64,000 nt of DNA from Anaerobutyricum hallii. GTDB lineage: Bacteria; Bacillota; Clostridia; Lachnospirales; Lachnospiraceae. The stretch lies in the NCBI RefSeq assembly GCF_900209925.1, contig NZ_LT907978.1, forward strand, positions 863,219 to 927,218. Direction: 5' to 3'. Below are positions 57,403 through 64,000 of the stretch, one piece after another. Position numbers and translations under genes: made by a program. Each line of letters begins with the position of its first letter. The first letter of the stretch is position 1. Under the pieces are notes generated by a model. That model ran no database searches, had not been told where the DNA came from, and worked only from the letters and a program-made list of their open reading frames with translations.

Positions 57403-58720
57403 ACCGGTTGTTGCGGTGGTAGGCCGCCCGAATGTAGGGAAATCTACGCTGTTTAATGCGTTAGCAGGAAGCAGGATTTCAATAGTAGAAGACACACCAG
57501 GAGTAACAAGGGACCGTATCTATGCGGAGGTCAGCTGGTTAGACTATCAGTTTACCCTGATTGATACCGGAGGAATTGAACCTGAGTCTGATGACATTAT
57601 CATTTCACGAATGAGGGAACAGGCAGAGACAGCAATTATGACAGCAGATGTTATTTTGTTCCTTGTAGATGTACGTCAGGGACTTGTAGATGCAGATTTT
57701 AAAGTGGCAGATATGTTACGCCGTTCGCATCGTCCGGTTCTTCTTGTCGTAAACAAAGTAGATAACTTTGAAAAATATATGCCGGATGTCTATGAATTTT
57801 ATAATCTTGGTCTTGGTGATCCGATTCCTGTTTCTGCACAGGGCAAACTTGGAATAGGTGATATGTTAGATCATGTAATTGAACAGTTTGAAACACCGGC
57901 ACGAGAAGAGGAAGAGGAAGATGAACGTCCGAAGATTGCGGTAATCGGTAAACCGAATGCAGGTAAGTCTTCGATTATCAATAAGCTTCTTGGAGAAGAA
58001 CGAGTGATTGTATCTCCGGTTGCAGGAACGACAAGAGATGCGATTGATACAACGGTAAAGCGTAATGGTCAGGAATATATCTTTATTGATACAGCGGGGC
58101 TTCGTAGAAAGAGTAAGATTAAAGAAGAATTAGAGCGTTACAGTATTATTCGTACCGTTACAGCCGTAGAGCGTTGTGATGTTGCCGTTTTGATTATTGA
58201 TGCAACGGAAGGAATTACGGAGCAGGATGCAAAGATTGCAGGAATTGCCCACGAACGTGGTAAAGGTATGATTATTGCAGTGAACAAGTGGGATCTTGTG
58301 GAAAAAGATAATACCACGATGAAGAAGTTCACAGAAAAGATTCGCGAAAAGCTTTCCTATATGCCATATGCGGAACTGATTTTCCTTTCTGCAAAGACAG
58401 GACAGAGACTTCCAAAGCTTTTTGATATGATTGATGCCGTAATTGAAAACTGTGCCCTTCGTGTACAGACAGGTGTCTTAAATGAAATTCTTACCGAAGC
58501 AATGGCTATGAAGCAGCCACCATCAGATAAAGGTAAGCGTTTACGAATTTACTATATTACTCAGGTTTCTGTAAAGCCGCCGACATTTGTTATGTTCATT
58601 AACGAGAAGAAACTGACACATTTTTCATATACCAGATATATTGAGAATCAGATCCGTACGACATTTGGTTTTCGTGGTACTCCGATCCATTTCATCTATC
58701 GTGAGAGAAAGGAGAAGTAA
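57395..58720 (+). CDS. der: ribosome biogenesis GTPase Der (EngA)
   Basis: Tandem GTPase domains (GRPNVGKST and GKPNAGKSS) plus a KH-like C-terminus. Confidence 0.95.
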   Translation: MSKPVVAVVGRPNVGKSTLFNALAGSRISIVEDTPGVTRDRIYAEVSWLDYQFTLIDTGGIEPESDDIIISRMREQAETAIMTADVILFLVDVRQGLVDADFKVADMLRRSHRPVLLVVNKVDNFEKYMPDVYEFYNLGLGDPIPVSAQGKLGIGDMLDHVIEQFETPAREEEEEDERPKIAVIGKPNAGKSSIINKLLGEERVIVSPVAGTTRDAIDTTVKRNGQEYIFIDTAGLRRKSKIKEELERYSIIRTVTAVERCDVAVLIIDATEGITEQDAKIAGIAHERGKGMIIAVNKWDLVEKDNTTMKKFTEKIREKLSYMPYAELIFLSAKTGQRLPKLFDMIDAVIENCALRVQTGVLNEILTEAMAMKQPPSDKGKRLRIYYITQVSVKPPTFVMFINEKKLTHFSYTRYIENQIRTTFGFRGTPIHFIYRERKEK

Positions 58721-59353
58721 ATGACTGCTGTATATTATGTGCTTGTAATTGTGGTAGGCTATTTTTGCGGCTGCATTGAAAGTGGTTACCTTGTAGGAAA
58801 GTTATGCGGAATGGATATTCGTGACTATGGAAGCGGGAATTCTGGTACAACGAATGTACTTCGTGTACTTGGTAAAACTCGTGCATTACTTACTTTCCTT
58901 GGAGATGCATTAAAAAGCTTTGTTCCGGTACTTATTGTAAAGTTTGTATTATGTCCGGCTGTACCAGATTTGAATGCAGAACTGATTCAGCTTGTTACAG
59001 GGTTTGCGGCAGTAATGGGACATGATTATCCTGTTTTCTTAAAGTTTAAAGGAGGAAAAGGAATTGCGACAACAGCCGCCGCAATGATGGCTTTTGACTG
59101 GAGAATCGGTTTATGCTGTTTTATTATCTTTGTGACAGTCACAGCTGTAACAAGATATGTTTCCTTAGCTTCGATCCTATTATCAGCAGGTATCGTAGTA
59201 GAAATTCTTATTTTTCATCCAGGAAGATGGGATTTATTTGCGATGTGTGTCCTTTATGCATTTTTTGCAATTTATCGCCATAGAGCAAATATTGGCAGAC
59301 TTTTATCTGGAACGGAAAGTAAGATCGGACAGAAAGTAAATGTTAATAAATAA
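58721..59353 (+). CDS. plsY: glycerol-3-phosphate acyltransferase PlsY
   Basis: GSGNSGTTN motif and five transmembrane helices. Confidence 0.9.
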   Translation: MTAVYYVLVIVVGYFCGCIESGYLVGKLCGMDIRDYGSGNSGTTNVLRVLGKTRALLTFLGDALKSFVPVLIVKFVLCPAVPDLNAELIQLVTGFAAVMGHDYPVFLKFKGGKGIATTAAAMMAFDWRIGLCCFIIFVTVTAVTRYVSLASILLSAGIVVEILIFHPGRWDLFAMCVLYAFFAIYRHRANIGRLLSGTESKIGQKVNVNK

Positions 59354-59380
59354 TAATTTCCGGTTTTAGATTGGAAAGAA

Positions 59381-59477
59381 TAAAAACGATATATCTCATC
59401 TGAAGTTTTGAGATGCGTTCAAGATGCAAGAACATTTTTTACGCAGCATTTACAGAACAGGTGGGATATATCGTTTT
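59381..59477. repeat. IR-B-related palindrome (AAAAACGATATATCTCATCTG ... CAGGTGGGATATATCGTTTTTT)
   Basis: Shares the ATC(T/C)CATCTG / CAGATGGGAT arms and the A-tract/T-tract architecture of IR-B. Confidence 0.65.
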
Positions 59478-59781
59478 TTGTTTTTCTTTTATTTGAAACG
59501 TAGACAGGAACTCTTAGATATGACGCTGTGCAATGATAAAGTAAATGAAGGAAAATGAAATGTATTATGCGAAAAAAGATATAAAAAATACTATCTCTTG
59601 ACAAATTTAACTTTAATGATAGAATAATAACGGGAATAAAATGAAGTTTTTAAAAATGATTTATGCAATTCAGGTTGCTCGACTTGAAAGTCAGGATACT
59701 TTTGGAAACTATGCTATACTATATGGGTTTTTATAGACTGTGAATTGCCGTCATATTAATAAAAGAAATGGAGATAGAACT

Positions 59782-61182
59782 ATGGAAATGGATAACCGCT
59801 CAGTTCGGCTGAACAAAAAATCAAATTTATTGAAATTAGATGAATATATGTACCCGCTGGTTGATACGGATAAGCCTAATGTATTCCGTAATCTGTTCCC
59901 GTATGAGGAAGTGCCGAAAATAGCCTTTAATGACCGAATCGTACCTCATGAAATGCCGGAAGATATCTGGATTACGGATACAACTTTCCGCGATGGACAG
60001 CAGTCAAGAACGCCGTATTCAACAGATCAGATCGTGCATATATATGATGCATTCCACCGCTTAGGAGGACCGAAAGGAATTATTCGTCAGTGCGAATTTT
60101 TCTTATATAGTAAAAAAGATAGAGATGCGGTATATAAATGTATGGAAAAGGGTTATAAATTTCCTGAAATTACAAGCTGGATTCGTGCAAGTAAGAAAGA
60201 CTTTGAATTAGTAAAAGAAATTGGTTTAAAAGAAACCGGAATTCTTGTAAGCTGTTCTGATTACCATATTTTCTATAAAATGAAAATGACAAGAAAACAG
60301 GCGATGGAACATTATTTAGGCGTTGTAAGAGAATGTCTTGAAACCGGAATCAGTCCAAGATGCCACCTGGAAGATATTACCCGTTCTGATATTTATGGAT
60401 TTGTTATTCCATTTTGTCTGGAGCTTATGAAATTAAAAGATGAGTATGGTATTCCTGTAAAAATTCGTGCCTGCGATACGATGGGATATGGAGTAAACTT
60501 CCCAGGAGCTGTGATTCCACGTTCTGTGCCGGGAATTATTTATGGATTAAAAGAACATGCCGGAGTACCATCAGAATTACTAGAATGGCATGGTCATAAT
60601 GATTTCTATAAAGCAGTGAATAATTCTACAACAGCATGGCTTTATGGAGCATCTGCTGTAAACAGTGCATTATTTGGAATCGGTGAACGTACAGGAAACA
60701 CCCCGCTTGAGGCAATGGTATTTGAATATGCCCAGCTTCGTGGAACATTAGACGGAATGGATACTACAGTTATTACAGAACTGGCAGAGTATTATGAGAA
60801 AGAGATTGGATATCACATTCCAGAAAGAACACCGTTTGTAGGAAAGAACTTTAATGTGACAAGAGCCGGAATCCATGCAGATGGTCTTCTTAAAAATGAA
60901 GAAATCTATAACATATTTGATACAGATAAATTGTTAAACCGTCCGGTGCTTGTAGCGGTATCAAATACAAGCGGACTTGCTGGAATTGCCCATTGGATAA
61001 ATACTTACTATCGCTTAAAGGGAGATAAGGCAGTAGACAAGAAGAGTCCACTGGTAGCCGAGGTAAAGAAGTGGGTTGATCAGGAATATGAAACAGGTCG
61101 AGTAACTGCAATTACAGATGGCGAATTAGAAAAAGTAATTAAAGAAAGCAGCAAAAAATTAAATGTTAACCTAATCCCATAA
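59782..61182 (+). CDS. HMGL-like (DRE-TIM) acyl-CoA:2-oxoacid condensing enzyme, homocitrate / Re-citrate / isopropylmalate synthase family
   Basis: TDTTFRDGQQS and WHGHNDF metal and substrate motifs of the pyruvate carboxyltransferase fold. RBS GGAGA before the ATG at 59782. Confidence 0.6.
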   Translation: MEMDNRSVRLNKKSNLLKLDEYMYPLVDTDKPNVFRNLFPYEEVPKIAFNDRIVPHEMPEDIWITDTTFRDGQQSRTPYSTDQIVHIYDAFHRLGGPKGIIRQCEFFLYSKKDRDAVYKCMEKGYKFPEITSWIRASKKDFELVKEIGLKETGILVSCSDYHIFYKMKMTRKQAMEHYLGVVRECLETGISPRCHLEDITRSDIYGFVIPFCLELMKLKDEYGIPVKIRACDTMGYGVNFPGAVIPRSVPGIIYGLKEHAGVPSELLEWHGHNDFYKAVNNSTTAWLYGASAVNSALFGIGERTGNTPLEAMVFEYAQLRGTLDGMDTTVITELAEYYEKEIGYHIPERTPFVGKNFNVTRAGIHADGLLKNEEIYNIFDTDKLLNRPVLVAVSNTSGLAGIAHWINTYYRLKGDKAVDKKSPLVAEVKKWVDQEYETGRVTAITDGELEKVIKESSKKLNVNLIP

Positions 61183-61222
61183 ATCAGTTAAAAACAGAAC
61201 TTAATACGAAGGATTTAAAGTA

Positions 61223-61291
61223 GACAGAAAAAATAAAAAAACGATATATTCCAGATGCAATTACAGGGCGGAGGAATATATCGTTTTTCTG
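61223..61291. terminator. palindromic bidirectional terminator between convergent genes (IR-B-related AAAAACGATATATTCC / GGAATATATCGTTTTT)
   Basis: GACAGAAAAA..ACGATATATTCC-loop-GGAATATATCGTTTTTCTGTC. Confidence 0.6.
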
Positions 61292-61317
61292 TCTATATCG
61301 AATCTACAAATTAAAAA

Positions 61318-63246
61318 TTATTCTGATAATTCTTCCCATTTGTCATAGAGTTCTAGTAAGGTAGATTCATTTTCTTCAAATTTAGTATTGAGTTCCATAA
61401 GTTTTGATACATTGGTAGCATTTTCAGGTAATGCCATTTCATTTTTTAACTGATCATTTTCTGCTTCTAAGCGACTGATTTCTTTTTCTGTCTTCTTTAA
61501 ATCGTTGGCACGCTTACGCTGTTTTGCGGCCTCTTCACGCGAACGTTTCCAGTCCTCCTTGGCTTTTTCTGGAGAAGGGGCAGGAGATTTATCAGCGGAG
61601 GCAGCAAGTGTGATGTTATCGCTGTCAGCAGATACGTTTCCAGCTTCTTTTTGTTCTAAGTAATAGTTGTAGTTGCCTTTATAGTTTACGATGCCTTCTG
61701 GGGATAAGTCCAGGATTCTTGTGGCTGTTTGATTAATGAAGTAACGGTCATGGGAAACGTAAAATACAGTTCCCTCATAGTTGTTAATCGCTTCTTCTAA
61801 AATTTCTCTGGACTGGATGTCTAAATGGTTGGTCGGCTCATCAAGAATGATGAAGTTCGCATTGGAAAGCATGAGTTTAGCGAGAGAAACTCGTCCTTTT
61901 TCGCCACCACTCAAAGTGCCGATGACCTGAAATACATCTTCGCCGGTAAAAAGAAAGGCAGCAAGAACATTTCGGATGCGGGTATTAGTCAGCTTTGGAT
62001 AGGCATCAGAAATTTCATCAAAAATTGTTTTGGAATCGTCTAATACATGTTGTTCCTGATCATAATAACCGATGGACACCTTAGAGCCGTAGCGGATTTT
62101 TCCAGAGTCAGCACGAAGCTGGCGGTTAATGATTTTTAAAAGAGTGGTTTTTCCGGTACCGTTGGCACCGAGGAGTCCAACAACTTCCCCACGTTTAATC
62201 TGAACATTTAAATTACGGAATAAAGCCTTATCACCAAAAGATTTGGAAAGTCCTTCAATAGTAAGAACATCGTTTCCACTAAGTACTTCCGGTTCTAAAG
62301 TGATACGCATCTTACTGTTTAAAGTCACAGGTTTATCGACAAGTTCAATCTTACTAAGCATTTTCTCCCGGCTTTCGGCACGTTTGATGGACTTTTCACG
62401 ATTGAAAGAGCGAAGCTTTGTGATTACCTCCTCCTGATGGTGGATTTCTTGTTGCTGATTCATATAAAGTTTCATCTGGGCATCACGCTGTGCTTTTTTC
62501 TTTTCGGCGTAAGCACTGTAGTTGCCGTTAAATACCTGACTGTTTCCACGCTCGATCTCGATTACTTTATCAACAACTTTATCAAGAAAATAGCGGTCAT
62601 GGGAAACAATAAGCACCGCACCCCGGTAGTTAGAAAGGAAAGTTTCTAACCAGCGAATGGATTCCATATCAAGGTGGTTAGTCGGCTCATCAAGTAAAAT
62701 GAGATCCGGGTGCATCAGAAGAATACGGCTGAGTGCTACGCGGGTCTTCTGTCCTCCGGAAAGTGTATGGATTGGTGTGTCAAACTGGCTTTCATCAAAA
62801 CCAAGACCTTTTAATACACCGATAATTTCGCTTTTCCAGGCATAACCATTTGCCTTCTCAAAGCGGTCAGTGAAACGGGAATAACTTTCCATTGCGCTTT
62901 CTAGTGCTTCACCGGACAAAGTGCTGATATCTTTTTCTAACTGACGTATTTTCTTTTCTAGTTCGATGATATCTTTTTTGGCATCAAGCATTTCTTCATA
63001 AATGCTGCGATGAGAACTTACGTCAATGATCTGAGATAAGTAGCCATAAGTAGATCCTTTCTGAAAGATAACCTCCCCATGATCTGCCTCATATTCTCCG
63101 GTGATAATTTTGAAAAGAGTGGTTTTACCGGCGCCGTTGATACCGATTACAGCAGCCTTTTCCCCTTCATTAATTAAAAAATTAACATTATTTAATACGG
63201 ATTTGCCTCCGAATGCTTTTTCGATTTTCTGACAGGCTAAAATCAT
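61318..63246 (-). CDS. ABC-F family ATPase (two ABC domains, no transmembrane domain; Uup/EttA-like) with a C-terminal coiled coil
   Basis: Two Walker A motifs (GINGAGKTT and GANGTGKTT), two LSGGQ/LSGGE signatures, and an acidic/basic coiled-coil tail. RBS GGAGG before the ATG at 63246. Confidence 0.85.
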   Translation of the reverse strand: MILACQKIEKAFGGKSVLNNVNFLINEGEKAAVIGINGAGKTTLFKIITGEYEADHGEVIFQKGSTYGYLSQIIDVSSHRSIYEEMLDAKKDIIELEKKIRQLEKDISTLSGEALESAMESYSRFTDRFEKANGYAWKSEIIGVLKGLGFDESQFDTPIHTLSGGQKTRVALSRILLMHPDLILLDEPTNHLDMESIRWLETFLSNYRGAVLIVSHDRYFLDKVVDKVIEIERGNSQVFNGNYSAYAEKKKAQRDAQMKLYMNQQQEIHHQEEVITKLRSFNREKSIKRAESREKMLSKIELVDKPVTLNSKMRITLEPEVLSGNDVLTIEGLSKSFGDKALFRNLNVQIKRGEVVGLLGANGTGKTTLLKIINRQLRADSGKIRYGSKVSIGYYDQEQHVLDDSKTIFDEISDAYPKLTNTRIRNVLAAFLFTGEDVFQVIGTLSGGEKGRVSLAKLMLSNANFIILDEPTNHLDIQSREILEEAINNYEGTVFYVSHDRYFINQTATRILDLSPEGIVNYKGNYNYYLEQKEAGNVSADSDNITLAASADKSPAPSPEKAKEDWKRSREEAAKQRKRANDLKKTEKEISRLEAENDQLKNEMALPENATNVSKLMELNTKFEENESTLLELYDKWEELSE

Positions 63247-63432
63247 AATAACCTCCAAATGATTATATTATTATATAGTAGAAATATTTCTGATGTATTT
63301 TATCATGAAAGAAAAAATAAGTAAATAAGTGTTGGAATTTTTAACAATCCTATTTGACATTAAAACTATTTTTGTATATAATTGATTAAGTAGAGCTTGA
63401 GAATGGGAATTTTTTATCAAAGGGAGGATCTT

Positions 63433-64000
63433 ATGCCAGGCAATAAAGCAGTTGTAAAAACAGGGAATGAAAAGTCAATTTCTCCGGCAGTGATAAAAAG
63501 ATTACCCCGGTACTATCGGTATCTTGGAGATTTACTGAAGAATGATGTTGTTCGTATTTCTTCAAAGGAACTGAGTCAGAGAATGAACGTCACTGCTTCT
63601 CAGATTCGTCAGGATTTAAATAATTTTGGTGGGTTTGGTCAGCAGGGATATGGTTATAATGTAGAGTATCTTTATAATGAGATGGGTAAGATTCTGGGTC
63701 TGGATAGAACAAATAACATCATTATCGTAGGTGCGGGTAATCTTGGTCAGGCGTTGGCGAATAACCAGGATTTTGACAGTAATGGATTTAAAATTATCGG
63801 ACTTTTCGATGTGAATCCAAGATTAATTGGTATGACAGTGCGGGGTGTGGAAGTATATGATATCGACATGCTGGAAACATTTTTAAAAGAGCATGAGGTA
63901 ATGATTGCTGCATTAACGTTACCGAAGTCAAAAGCGGTAAAGGTTGCAGAACAGTTAGTTGATTTAGGAATTAAGGCATTATGGAACTTTGCACCGGTAG
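63433..64000 (+). CDS. rex: redox-sensing transcriptional repressor Rex (3' end lies outside the window)
   Basis: The N-terminal winged helix RLPRYYRYL and the Rossmann GAGNLG motif. RBS GGGAGG. Confidence 0.85.
   Translation, partial: MPGNKAVVKTGNEKSISPAVIKRLPRYYRYLGDLLKNDVVRISSKELSQRMNVTASQIRQDLNNFGGFGQQGYGYNVEYLYNEMGKILGLDRTNNIIIVGAGNLGQALANNQDFDSNGFKIIGLFDVNPRLIGMTVRGVEVYDIDMLETFLKEHEVMIAALTLPKSKAVKVAEQLVDLGIKALWNFAPV

Overview
The window looks like a low-GC Firmicutes chromosome segment, with Clostridia/Lachnospiraceae-like gene content and order. Almost everything is housekeeping. The coding content, in order, is:
- carB 3' end, glnA, an ANTAR-type regulator, and dapF-dapL.
- An ArsR/SmtB-regulated P1B-type Zn/Cd ATPase with a long His-rich tandem-repeat insert.
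- A Ppx/GppA phosphatase.
- Two tandem LeuD/LeuC-like dehydratase subunit pairs.
- ackA divergent from a TmcAL-like ligase, a patatin, arcC, an orphan substrate-binding lipoprotein, murI, pdxK plus a small radical-SAM protein, ldh, an SPFH/YdjI-like protein and pcrA.
- A 9-tRNA cluster with a consensus promoter and terminator.
- A barnase-like secreted RNase with an overlapping barstar gene.
- rarA and rubrerythrin.
- The conserved ylxM-ffh-rpsP-KH-rimM-trmD-rplS-lepB-rbgA-lepB-lepB-rnhB-yraN block, then pgeF, DUF512, der and plsY.
- An HMGL-family synthase, an ABC-F ATPase and the start of rex.

The most unusual content is non-coding. At least four families of intergenic palindromic repeats fill the larger intergenic gaps, in a recurring module order and always sitting after gene ends. 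Family IR-A is a roughly 125-175 bp hairpin with an asymmetric conserved core (AAAATGCCGGTCAGGCATTTT). Its arms are hypervariable between copies but perfectly self-complementary within each copy, and six copies are present. Family IR-B is a terminator-like hairpin with the same property. Family IR-C is a roughly 210 bp palindrome with a central terminator-like hairpin that shows compensatory substitutions. The fourth is a 30-nt palindrome of the form CGCAGCAAGAATGCC..GGCATTCTTGAAT.

Other points of interest are a recurring ATGTACTC..GGAGTCTTT motif, a candidate roughly 107-nt small RNA with a perfect sigma-A promoter and a terminator, a pyruvate-kinase-like gene lacking the C-terminal domain, and a DUF1836 gene broken at a T7 homopolymer. 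No CRISPR array, rRNA, transposase, integrase or phage gene was seen.
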